Shown piece by piece: positions 10,824 to 19,642 of a stretch of DNA of 64,000 bases. The position numbers were made by a program, and so were the translations under genes. The notes below the pieces were generated by a model. It saw only the letters and a program-made list of their open reading frames with translations, was not told the DNA's origin and did not search any database. Source of the DNA: a bacterium (GTDB taxonomy: Bacteria > JAJRZV01); NCBI GenBank assembly GCA_024275095.1, contig JAJRZV010000047.1, positions 159 through 64,158 of the forward strand, written 5' to 3'. Position 1 is the first letter of the stretch, and each line of letters begins with the position of its first letter.

Positions 10824-12464
10824 TCATTTTTTCGCACGCTGGAATACCGTCCGCATGAGCTGTACAAATACAGGTTCCCTGGTCACCGCCAGTACAGCGA
10901 AATATATCAAAGCTCCTGCCACCACTTCCACAGCCAGTAAAGCCACCCCGTACATTCCTCTTCCACCCCATGTATTCAGGAATTCAAGAGTCTCCAGAGC
11001 GAGCATCATTATAACTGCGGCAATTATATAAAGGACAAAACTCTTTGTTACAGAGCGAAAAATTTCGGTAATCTTGATACCTGATCGAGGGGCAACTTTG
11101 ACAAGATACGCAAGTTGAGCGTACGCGGCGATTCCCGTAGCAAGTGCAAGACCTGCATGGGCCATTACCCTCATCAGTAGAATACTTACAATCACATTTA
11201 CCGCAAGAGCAATATATGCACTTTTAAGAGGCGAAGAAGCATCCTTAACAGAATAAAAAGCCTGCACCAGCATCCTCACCATCCCAACTCCAACCATCCC
11301 CAGGGCATACATTTTTACTGCTATCGCCGTCTGATGTGCCTCATAAAGAGTAAAATTTCCTCTCATGAAAAACACTTTTACCAGTGGCTCTCCAAGAGCA
11401 ATGAGGGCCAGCGTTGCAGGTACGGTGAACAAAAGCACCCCTGCTATTCCGTCAGAAAGTCTGCTTATGTATTCTTTATTTTTATTGGCCGAGCTCAGTT
11501 CTGAAAGAACGGGCAGTATAGCAACTGATATGGCGAATACAAAAAGCCCAAGCGGCAGTTCCAGAAACCGGACTCCATAGTATAAATACGCGATGCTCCC
11601 TCTTGGAAGAAACGACGCGATAATGTTGGTAATCAGAATGTTAATTTGATAAGCAGAAACAGCGAGAACAGAAGGGCCAAGAAGACGCGCCACTTCCTTC
11701 ACACCAGGATGAAATATGCACGAAGAAGTCATGGTCAACGGGAAAGGGAACCCGCGTTTTATCGCAGGTGGAATTTGAAGTAACAGCTGTACCACCCCGG
11801 AGCCCGCCACACCCGCAGCAATAAAAAACACAGCTCTGTCTGGACGCAGCGACATCCCAAGCAATGCTCCCGCAATCATAAAGAGGTTGAGAAAAATGGG
11901 AGCAGCGGCAGGCGCAGCAAAGTGACCATGCGAGTTCAGATAGCCCATGAAATATGCAACCAGCCCGATAAAAAACAAATAGGGAAAAGTAATACGTAAC
12001 AGTGTGACCGAGAGCGCGTTTACTTCTCCTTGAAATCCCGGAGCAAAAATGCAAATCAGCCCAGGAGCTATCAAAATTCCCAGGCAGGTCATTACCAGAA
12101 GCACACCGAAAGACGCGGAAAAAGAGCCCCTGAGGAATCTCCGGCGCTCTTCCTCATCTCCTGTTGCGAGGATTCTTTTATATATAGGAACAAAAGAAAC
12201 TGTAAGGCTTCCCTCTCCTACAAACCGTCTGAACACGTTAGGGATCCTGAATGCTACCACAAATGCATCTGCCACAGGACCAGCACCCAGTACATAAGCG
12301 AGGGCCATATCTCTAAGTAGTCCCGATATTCGAGACAGGAGGGTAAAAAATGCAATCACTCCAGCTGAACCGAAAAATGAAGAACCTTCCAACGACTCGT
12401 TTTTCTTGTCTTCAAAACTCATGGCCCAGTCTTTTTTATCTGAATACAAGCTCCAGCAGGACAT
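10824..12464 (-). CDS. murJ: Lipid II flippase MurJ (MviN family)
   Basis: 546 aa, ~14 TM. N-terminal MurJ signature …TLLSRISGLLRDMALAYVLGAGPVADAF…. Confidence 0.85.
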   Translation of the reverse strand: MSCWSLYSDKKDWAMSFEDKKNESLEGSSFFGSAGVIAFFTLLSRISGLLRDMALAYVLGAGPVADAFVVAFRIPNVFRRFVGEGSLTVSFVPIYKRILATGDEEERRRFLRGSFSASFGVLLVMTCLGILIAPGLICIFAPGFQGEVNALSVTLLRITFPYLFFIGLVAYFMGYLNSHGHFAAPAAAPIFLNLFMIAGALLGMSLRPDRAVFFIAAGVAGSGVVQLLLQIPPAIKRGFPFPLTMTSSCIFHPGVKEVARLLGPSVLAVSAYQINILITNIIASFLPRGSIAYLYYGVRFLELPLGLFVFAISVAILPVLSELSSANKNKEYISRLSDGIAGVLLFTVPATLALIALGEPLVKVFFMRGNFTLYEAHQTAIAVKMYALGMVGVGMVRMLVQAFYSVKDASSPLKSAYIALAVNVIVSILLMRVMAHAGLALATGIAAYAQLAYLVKVAPRSGIKITEIFRSVTKSFVLYIIAAVIMMLALETLEFLNTWGGRGMYGVALLAVEVVAGALIYFAVLAVTREPVFVQLMRTVFQRAKK

Positions 12465-12569
12465 AAAATTTCATTAAAACTTACCACAATCTTATTGGGA
12501 ACTCACTTATATATTTACATTTCTCTATCAGGTTGAGAATTTTTAAAGCTCCATGGTATAAACCATTCT

Positions 12570-12962
12570 ATGGAAAAATACATCAGAGTAACACCTCAGG
12601 AAGGCTTCAGGCTGGAAATCACCAACGGTAAACACGTGATTATTTCTGACCAGCCCTCGGGGAGAGGTTCAGATAAAGGCATGCAACCAGTGGAGCTGTT
12701 TGTTGCCTCTCTCGCCGCATGTATTGCTGTATATGCAATACCGTTTTTAAAACGGCGCGGCGTGGATGAAAAAAACTTAGAGGTGGAGGCCTCCTATGAA
12801 TACGGAGATCATCCTCCCCGCATAAAAAAAATTTTTGTACGGATAAAAGCACCCTATCGTCTGGAAGACAAGGAAAAAAAAGCACTTCAACGGGTGGTCA
12901 ACCATTGTACTGTTCATAATTCCATCGTACATACTCCTGACATTGCCATTCACATTGAATAA
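12570..12962 (+). CDS. OsmC/Ohr-family peroxiredoxin-like protein
   Basis: 130 aa. OsmC motif …QPVELFVASLAACI… with the second conserved Cys region. Confidence 0.75.
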   Translation: MEKYIRVTPQEGFRLEITNGKHVIISDQPSGRGSDKGMQPVELFVASLAACIAVYAIPFLKRRGVDEKNLEVEASYEYGDHPPRIKKIFVRIKAPYRLEDKEKKALQRVVNHCTVHNSIVHTPDIAIHIE

Positions 12963-13244
12963 CTGGAGTCTAAAACACCCTGCCCGGACAAGCGAGAGAG
13001 TTTAATACGTCATTACTTTACATGAATAATAAACTAATTCCCTCCAACAAATAACACTTTCTTAAAAGTTCACGTTTATTTAAATTCGAAGAGAGTCGTA
13101 TTGCTCTCCAAATTGACATAAGCCCACTACTCTTCCTTTTTTACTCTTCTTAAAGAACGCATCCTTTTTGTAACAATGTAATTGTTTATATTGTCTGATA
13201 TTCGTCAATGTGCAAAGGAGATGTGTTACTTCCAAAAAATTTTC

Positions 13245-13271
13245 TTGACAGGTGACGTTGGTTAATATACA
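13245..13271 (+). promoter_or_regulatory. Sigma-70-like promoter (-35 TTGACA 13245-13250; -10-like TATACA/TACATA ~13266-13274) for the K/A-repeat gene
   Basis: Consensus -35 box. The -10 is ambiguous within an AT-rich TATATATAGTAAAAT stretch. AAGGAGG RBS lies 6 nt before the ATG at 13303. Confidence 0.45.
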
Positions 13272-13302
13272 TATATAGTAAAATACGTTTAAGGAGGGCA
13301 CC

Positions 13303-13650
13303 ATGGCCACCAAAGGCAAGAGCTCAAAGAAATCTGCGGCGGCAAAGAAAACCTCCGCCAAAAAAGCGAGCGGATCAAAATCCACAACAAAGGCAAAAAA
13401 AACGGCGGCCAAAAAAACAACAGCGAAGAAGAAAACCGCGGCTAAGAAATCAACAGCAAAGAAAACAGCCACAAAGAAAAAAGCAACGAAAAAAGCCACA
13501 GCGAAGAAAAAAACGACAGCAAGTGCCAAAAAGAAAACAGCGGCCAAAAAAACAGGAGCCAAAAAGGTAAGAAGTAAATCCCCTCCTCTCATACTCCACC
13601 CCGGAGGGTACACCCACCTCCTCTCCTCCGGGGTGGCCAACAGGAGGTGA
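13303..13650 (+). CDS. Histone H1-like / Hc1-AlgP-like lysine-alanine repeat DNA-binding protein
   Basis: ~90 aa of AKKT/AKKK repeats (MATKGKSSKKSAAAKKTSAKKA…) behind a consensus RBS. The last 27 codons are not repeat-like and contain a 12-bp perfect hairpin (13596-13636), so the true stop may be earlier if there is a frameshift. Confidence 0.7.
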   Translation: MATKGKSSKKSAAAKKTSAKKASGSKSTTKAKKTAAKKTTAKKKTAAKKSTAKKTATKKKATKKATAKKKTTASAKKKTAAKKTGAKKVRSKSPPLILHPGGYTHLLSSGVANRR

Positions 13651-14019
13651 AAGAGTATTACTATTTTACAGGGAAAGGTGTACAAGCTTCAAGTCATCTT
13701 TTATTAATATATTTTTACCGAAAAGTTCATTAAGTGTGAGGGCAGGTGGAGTTTCAGGATCGCTCGAAGCATTGAAAACAGTGAAAAATGAAGCATACCA
13801 ATTATTGCTCAACTCCATTCCCGACACCATGAGATCGCCTTGCCTTCGGCTCGCAATGAAAGCTCCGACACACTCACTGCAAGGAGTCCTGCCTTCGGCA
13901 GACGAAGCAGTCCCAGAGATTGCTTCGCTTTCGCTCGCAACGCGTGGGATGAGCAAAGCAAGCCCCATCCCACATACCCCACCGCCCGTAAAGCCTGAGC
14001 ATCGAACCCCGAATGTCCA

Positions 14020-14469
14020 ATGTTGAGACCAGACCCCGAAATTCCGCCTGGCTGGTTGTTCGTTTATGGCACATTGAAAAAAGGTGAAGTTGCACACCAT
14101 CTTATAGAAAGGTTCATTGCCCGTATTGTTCCCGCCACTGTCAGAGGTACACTTTACCATCTCCCCTACGGTTATCCAGTCATAGTGCCTGAAAATCGTG
14201 GTATTGTACACGGCGAGCTCTTTTTCATACCCAATCTTTCACAAATCATTGAACTTCTGGATGATTACGAGGATTACAATTCAGAAAATTCTGCAGAAAG
14301 CCTTTTCATTCGGGTCATGGTTGAAGCAAAAGGAAGTGACGGACGTTACTATTACGCTTGGACATATGCAGCCGGAGAAAAGCTGAAGAAGGTTCTGCAA
14401 AAAAGAGCTATCCCTGTAACCGGGGGTGTATGGACATCCCAAAGATTTGCACCTGCAACGAAATTCTAA
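14020..14469 (+). CDS. Gamma-glutamyl cyclotransferase-like (GGCT/AIG2 family) protein
   Basis: N-terminal signature WLFVYGTLKKGE and conserved downstream Glu (GELF). Confidence 0.72.
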   Translation: MLRPDPEIPPGWLFVYGTLKKGEVAHHLIERFIARIVPATVRGTLYHLPYGYPVIVPENRGIVHGELFFIPNLSQIIELLDDYEDYNSENSAESLFIRVMVEAKGSDGRYYYAWTYAAGEKLKKVLQKRAIPVTGGVWTSQRFAPATKF

Positions 14470-15855
14470 TCACTGCCGATTAACCGCAGGAGGATACTTG
14501 ATAAAAGCAATGGAAGCGTCTTTGCCATGCTGTTCAAAGGCTTTCTCAAGCGCTTCTTCCACACTTTCAGCAGGCACAAAACCTATGTGGCGGGCCAGTT
14601 CAGGTTTTTCAATCCCTGCCACGTAAACAGTAGATGCGTGCCTCAGGCGTTTGAGCGGATGCAAAGCCATTAAACCGTGAAGGGGATGAAAACCATACCT
14701 GAACCTGTATTTTTCTATGTAATCCTCTCTCGTAGCAAATTCATCTTCAAACTGCTTCATGATCTGATACGGGTCACGCGTGACTGGTACCACTGTCTCC
14801 CATATCTCCCGATAAGAAGGATGATGCACTTCGTCCCACCTTTCCGGGCAGGGTGTAACGAGAATAACAGAGCAGCCGGGTTTTCCCAGAGCCTCGATGT
14901 ATCCGCCCAGATATCCAAGTCCTGTAGATGAAAGAGTCAAAATGGGGTTTGTAAAGGAAAAAACAGCGTATGGACTCCAATCAGGTACTCCGTATATGAC
15001 AATGTCGACCTTTTCAGAGAGCATTTTTCGTCGTGCAACCTGGTGCTTCCTCATGAGCTCCAACACCCTTGCACGGGTTCCGTTTATACTCCCTCCCCAC
15101 ATACGGGCGACCTGAATGGGACTGGCCAGCACTGTCTCTATTTTGAAAAACTTCTTATCGCCGACCTTTTCCTCAACAAGTTGTCCCATTTCGTCAAGAA
15201 TTTCATGCATACGGTTCTTTTCTATAGACATACTCATGATGTCCGGGGTGTGGTGCCACCGGATAGAACGCCAGGTACTTAAACCCACACAGATAGACTT
15301 CCAGCCGCCGTTAAATCCCATGGTACACGCGGCATTGAGGTACACGGTCAAGTCTGACTCCACCGTCAGTCTGTTGAGTTCGACATCGTACCCGTTCTTT
15401 GTTTTGCCGAGATAAACAAGATTATCCTTATCTTCAGCATCATGACACAGAAGACGGTGCCCAAAACGTTTCACCAGTTCCTTACCCATAATCTTTGCAA
15501 GTTCCTCATGCCTGAATTTCCGGTGAAGTGCATTGGCACAAAGAAGTGTCATTCGCTCTTCTTTCACACCTGCATCCATCAGTTCAGAAATAATGGTCGT
15601 AAGTCCCACGTACCATACAGGAGCAAAACACATAACCGTGGGATCATCAAAAGCAATGGTTACTTTTGAACGGGAGTTTACCAGTTCTTTGAGTGGCGGC
15701 ATATCCACAGGATTTTTTAAAGCGGAAAGAACCAGCGCCTGCAGGTCTTCTGCCGGCTCAAGCGGAAGCAAAACCCCTCCAGGAGATACCACATGAGTAC
15801 GATCCGGGAGTGTGGCCTCAACAACCCTCTCACCATAGACAACTTCTACCCGCAT
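14470..15855 (-). CDS. LarA-family (DUF2088, nickel-pincer lactate racemase-like) protein
   Basis: LarA-type N-terminus MRVEVVYGERVVEATLPDRTHVV… (cf. M-KI-L-YGK--LE--IPD). …VTIAFDDPT… block, 461 aa. No larB/C/E genes are nearby. Confidence 0.5.
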   Translation of the reverse strand: MRVEVVYGERVVEATLPDRTHVVSPGGVLLPLEPAEDLQALVLSALKNPVDMPPLKELVNSRSKVTIAFDDPTVMCFAPVWYVGLTTIISELMDAGVKEERMTLLCANALHRKFRHEELAKIMGKELVKRFGHRLLCHDAEDKDNLVYLGKTKNGYDVELNRLTVESDLTVYLNAACTMGFNGGWKSICVGLSTWRSIRWHHTPDIMSMSIEKNRMHEILDEMGQLVEEKVGDKKFFKIETVLASPIQVARMWGGSINGTRARVLELMRKHQVARRKMLSEKVDIVIYGVPDWSPYAVFSFTNPILTLSSTGLGYLGGYIEALGKPGCSVILVTPCPERWDEVHHPSYREIWETVVPVTRDPYQIMKQFEDEFATREDYIEKYRFRYGFHPLHGLMALHPLKRLRHASTVYVAGIEKPELARHIGFVPAESVEEALEKAFEQHGKDASIAFIKYPPAVNRQ

Positions 15856-15954
15856 ATTGACATTCTACTCAACAAAGCTCATTCACAAAATGGTTTTGGA
15901 TGCAGAATTTTGATTGCACAGCAAGGGACAAAATAAAATAATGAGTGCACCTAT

Positions 15955-16596
15955 GTGAATAGAGCAAAAATGAGCTTTTTATTTTTTCTTTTGCAAGCAG
16001 TGGTAATTTCACTTTCAGGCATAATGATGCCAGGCCCGATAACAGCTGCGAGTATAGGTGAAGGTACTCGAAGGTCATGGGCAGGTGTTGCCATCTCAAT
16101 AGGTCACGGTCTCGTAGAATTTCCACTTATCGGTGCCCTGTATGCCGGGGTTATTGTTTTTGCGGATATAACTTCTCAACTAAAAAGCTATATATTCATC
16201 ATTGGTGCTTTCGTTCTCATTCTAATGGGGGCGGATTTCCTGCGTCGGGCACGAAATACGACCCAGCGAGAAAGATATTTCCCTCAAACCTCTCTTCTCC
16301 TCGCGGGAGCAGGACTTACAGCTGCAAATCCATACTTTCTTATCTGGTGGCTTACCATAGGGGCGGCACTTATAACAGAAGCAGGGAAATTCGGAACAGC
16401 AGGCCTGCTAACCTTCGTTATCGTACACTGGCTGTGTGATGTTTCATGGTACTGGTTTCTCTCCGGCCTTGCATTCAGGGGTGTGAATTTCTTTGGAACA
16501 ACCTTTCAAAAATGGCTCTTCATTTTTACAGGAATTGTACTTCTCGGTCTTGGCGGAATATTCGGAGTCTCGGGCGTCTCTGCTCTCGTCAAGTAA
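15955..16596 (+). CDS. LysE/RhtB-family amino-acid exporter
   Basis: 213 aa, 6 TM. N-terminal …ISLSGIMMPGPITAASI… is typical of LysE-type translocators. Confidence 0.7.
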   Translation: MNRAKMSFLFFLLQAVVISLSGIMMPGPITAASIGEGTRRSWAGVAISIGHGLVEFPLIGALYAGVIVFADITSQLKSYIFIIGAFVLILMGADFLRRARNTTQRERYFPQTSLLLAGAGLTAANPYFLIWWLTIGAALITEAGKFGTAGLLTFVIVHWLCDVSWYWFLSGLAFRGVNFFGTTFQKWLFIFTGIVLLGLGGIFGVSGVSALVK

Positions 16597-16613
16597 TACC
16601 GGACCAACCGGTA
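16597..16613 (+). promoter_or_regulatory. Palindrome TACCGGaccaACCGGTA (candidate TetR-type operator or terminator stem) between lysE-like stop and tetR promoter
   Basis: Inverted repeat read from sequence. It is followed by -35 TTGACA (16635-16640), a 17-nt spacer and -10 TATCTT (16658-16663). Confidence 0.35.
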
Positions 16614-16685
16614 CACAAACCACACAAAATTTTCTTGACAGAGCGCGTTGCTACCAATATCTTACCTGACTGACTGGTCAATCAA

Positions 16686-17291
16686 ATGAAGGTAGTTCAA
16701 ACGAAAGAGCGAATTCTCGATGCGGCTGTGAAGGTGTTCGCGCGGCAGGGTTTTCACCGCTCCCGTGTAGCCGATGTCGCCCGCGAAGCCAATGTTGCAT
16801 ATGGGCTTGTATATCACTACTTTAAGAGCAAAGAGGAACTTCTTGAGCATATCTTTCAAACCAAATGGTCACTTTTTTTAGCCGCACTCCAGAACATTCG
16901 AGACGACAGTGGCTCTACTCGTGAAAAACTCCACAAAGTTCTGTGTTTTCTCTTTGAAACATACCGTCAATTTCCCGAACTCATTCAGCTCATAATCCTC
17001 GAAATCACACGCGACTCGCGATTTATGAAGCAAGAACATCTTGCTCAGTTCAAGCGGGCCTTTGAAATTATCAGGGAAATTCTTGAAGACGGAAAAAAAC
17101 GCGGGGAGGTTGACGAAAAAGCTGATCTCAACCTTTCAGCTTTTGTATTCGGAGGGAGCATCGAGGTGCTTCTGACCACCTTTGTGCTCGGAATTTTTCC
17201 ATGGGGTGAAGGCATTGAAGACAATATGCCCCGCTTAATTGTGGATATGTTCATGGATGGTATTGGTCCCAAAAATCGTCAAGGAGGGTGA
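16686..17291 (+). CDS. TetR/AcrR-family transcriptional regulator
   Basis: N-terminal HTH …GFHRSRVADVAREANVAYGLVYHYFKSKEEL… Stop overlaps the start of the next gene. Confidence 0.85.
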   Translation: MKVVQTKERILDAAVKVFARQGFHRSRVADVAREANVAYGLVYHYFKSKEELLEHIFQTKWSLFLAALQNIRDDSGSTREKLHKVLCFLFETYRQFPELIQLIILEITRDSRFMKQEHLAQFKRAFEIIREILEDGKKRGEVDEKADLNLSAFVFGGSIEVLLTTFVLGIFPWGEGIEDNMPRLIVDMFMDGIGPKNRQGG

Positions 17292-18469
17292 AAATGGAAT
17301 TTGAACTTACTGAAGAGCAAAAAATGCTTCGTGAAACCATTTACCAGTTCTCCAAGAATGAAATTTATCCCAACTCCAAGAACGTAGAATACGACACCAA
17401 AGGAGAATTCATCTGGGACAACTGGAAAAAAATGGCAAAGATGGGATTACTCGGTTTCCCTTTTCCACAGGAATACGGTGGTCAGGGCGCGTCAGTCATG
17501 GATACCGTAATCGCCAAGGAAGCATTCGCTATGGGCGGTGCAGATGCAGGAACCTGTCTCTCATGGGGTGCTCATACCATTCTCTGCGGTGTGCCCATCT
17601 GGCAGCTTGGCACCAAAGAACAGAAGGAAAAATACCTCACCAAAATAGCCACGGGGGAATGGATCGGTGGGTTCGCCCTTACCGAGCCCGGTGCAGGTTC
17701 CGACGCTGCCTCTATCCGAACTCGCGCAGAAAAAAAAGGAGACCGCTGGATTCTCAATGGCAGCAAAATGTTCATCACAAACGGTCCCATCGGCGATGTA
17801 TTCGTCGTGATCGCCGTGACGGATAAAAACAAAAAAGCCTTTGGTATCAGCGCGTTTATCGTTGAGAAGAACTTCAAGGGATTTGGTGTAGCACGCGAGC
17901 TTGACAAGCTCGGCAACCGAACCTCTCCCACAGCGGAACTGTATTTTGAAGACTGCGAGGTGCCCGAGGAAAACCTGCTCGGTCCCCTGGATCTCGGGTT
18001 CGTAGAAGTCGCAAAACTCATACTTGAATGGGAGCGTTCGTGCCTGCTGGCTCCTGCTGTAGGTGCCATGCAGCTCGGGTTGAAAAGGGCCGTGGATTAC
18101 GCGAAGGAGCGCGTGCAGTTCGGCAGGCCCATCATTCAGTTCCAGGCGATCAAGCACAAACTCGCTGATATGTACGTCGCCATAGAGGCATGTCGCCAGC
18201 TTATCTACCGGGTCGCATGGATGAAAGACCAGGGAATGAGTGCTTATCTCGAAGCCTCCATCGCCAAGTATTTTGTTTCAGAAATGGTGGTCAAGATGGC
18301 TTATGAGGAAGTTCAGATACTCGGTGGATACGGGTACATCAAGGAGTACCTCGTGGAAAGGGGCTACAGGGACGCCAGGCTTTCCACCATCGGCGGCGGC
18401 ACGTCGGAAGTGCAGAAAAGCATTATCGCTCGTGCGGTTCTGGGCCTGTCAGGCCGTGAGATTACATAA
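17288..18469 (+). CDS. Acyl-CoA dehydrogenase
   Basis: 393 aa. ACAD N-terminal, middle and C-terminal domain blocks (…GFALTEPGAGSDAASI…, …YGGYGYIKEY…ERGYRDARLSTIGGGTSEVQ…). Confidence 0.9.
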   Translation: MKMEFELTEEQKMLRETIYQFSKNEIYPNSKNVEYDTKGEFIWDNWKKMAKMGLLGFPFPQEYGGQGASVMDTVIAKEAFAMGGADAGTCLSWGAHTILCGVPIWQLGTKEQKEKYLTKIATGEWIGGFALTEPGAGSDAASIRTRAEKKGDRWILNGSKMFITNGPIGDVFVVIAVTDKNKKAFGISAFIVEKNFKGFGVARELDKLGNRTSPTAELYFEDCEVPEENLLGPLDLGFVEVAKLILEWERSCLLAPAVGAMQLGLKRAVDYAKERVQFGRPIIQFQAIKHKLADMYVAIEACRQLIYRVAWMKDQGMSAYLEASIAKYFVSEMVVKMAYEEVQILGGYGYIKEYLVERGYRDARLSTIGGGTSEVQKSIIARAVLGLSGREIT

Positions 18470-18484
18470 GTATGGGAGGGTGCC

Positions 18485-19642
18485 ATGAACTTTGCGTTTA
18501 CCGATGAAGAGCGTCAAATCATAGAAGCCTTTGCGGACCTGTGCAAAAAGGAAGTTGAACCCCGGGCAGCTGAGGTTGACCGGGAAATGAAATTTTCCTG
18601 GGAAAACCTGAAAGCTCTTGCTGAATTCGGATATCTCGGTGCCACATGGGATGAAAAGTACGGTGGCAAGGGCATTTCTCTACCGGTATTTCAGGCCATG
18701 AACATCGAGCTGGCCAAGGCGTGTGCTTCGACATATCTCTCTGTATCAGCGAACCTATCACTCTTCGGACACACCATTTACAAATACGGCAGCGACGAAC
18801 AGAAAGAAAAACTCCTGCCAGCTATGACCAGGGGAGAATTTGTGGGGGCTCTGTGTTCTACTGAACCTTCGGCCGGCTCAGATGTTCCGGCCATCAAAAC
18901 AAAGGCAGAAAAGAAGAATGGAAAATACATTATCAACGGGACAAAAACCTTCGTTACAAACGGACCCATAGCCGAATGGTTTGTCGTACTTGCAAAGACG
19001 GAACCGGAAAAAGGACGTGACGGCATGACCATGTTCCTCATTCACAAGGACACACCGGGATTCTCCGTCGGCAAACCATTTCACAAACTGGGAGTGAGGG
19101 GATCACCTACCAGTGAGGTTTACCTGGACGATGTCGAGGTTGATGAAAGTGCAGTTATCGGTGAGGTTAACAAAGGGTACTGGCAGTTGATGAACGTGTT
19201 CACATTTGGCCGGATTGGCATTGCCTCTTTTTCAACAGGTATCGCGGAAGCATGCCTGGAAGAGTGTATAAAATATTCAACCGAAAGAGAGGCGTTTGGC
19301 AAAAGAATTGCCGCTTACGAAGAAGTAAACTTCAAAATTGCGGATATGAAAGTTTACACGGACGTGGCCAGGCAGCTCATTTACCGTGCAGCGTGGGCTT
19401 ACGAAAACGACAAACCAGACGCAAAGGCTCTTGCCTCTGCCGCAAAGCTGTTTGCCTCAGAAATGGCCACAAAAATTGCATCTGATGCCGTACAGATACA
19501 CGGAGGTTATGGATACATCAGTGAATTTCGCGTGGAACGGCTTTACAGAGATGCAAAGCTGGGAGAAATTGGTGAAGGTACATCGGAAATTCAGCGTCTT
19601 CTTCTGGCGAGATACGTGGAAAAAGTTTATGGGGAGGGGTGA
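18485..19642 (+). CDS. Acyl-CoA dehydrogenase (paralog)
   Basis: 385 aa. …CSTEPSAGSDVPAI…, …IHGGYGYISEFRVERLYRDAKLGEIGEGTSEIQ…. Confidence 0.9.
   Translation: MNFAFTDEERQIIEAFADLCKKEVEPRAAEVDREMKFSWENLKALAEFGYLGATWDEKYGGKGISLPVFQAMNIELAKACASTYLSVSANLSLFGHTIYKYGSDEQKEKLLPAMTRGEFVGALCSTEPSAGSDVPAIKTKAEKKNGKYIINGTKTFVTNGPIAEWFVVLAKTEPEKGRDGMTMFLIHKDTPGFSVGKPFHKLGVRGSPTSEVYLDDVEVDESAVIGEVNKGYWQLMNVFTFGRIGIASFSTGIAEACLEECIKYSTEREAFGKRIAAYEEVNFKIADMKVYTDVARQLIYRAAWAYENDKPDAKALASAAKLFASEMATKIASDAVQIHGGYGYISEFRVERLYRDAKLGEIGEGTSEIQRLLLARYVEKVYGEG

Noticed and set aside
10811-10867. Longer IspG start at ATG 10867
   Set aside because: It would overlap the murJ 3' end by 44 bp and add 19 non-conserved residues. 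The GTG at 10810 has an AGGA spacer and matches IspG N-terminal length. It is kept as an alternative.
13080-13685. 201-aa ORF on the minus strand full of F/A/V repeats
   Set aside because: It is exactly antisense to the K/A-repeat gene. Repetitive GCn/AAR codons generate an open antisense frame. It has no RBS or promoter, whereas the plus-strand gene has consensus signals.
13651-14019. tmRNA or RNase P RNA candidate
   Set aside because: I searched both strands for tmRNA hallmarks (5' GGGG…UUCGACGGG, 3' T-arm plus CCA, …ALAA-stop tag frame) and RNase P hallmarks (GGAAAGUCCGG, AGGGUGAAA, ACAGAACCCGGCUUA). None is present. The segment is retained only as an unclassified candidate ncRNA.
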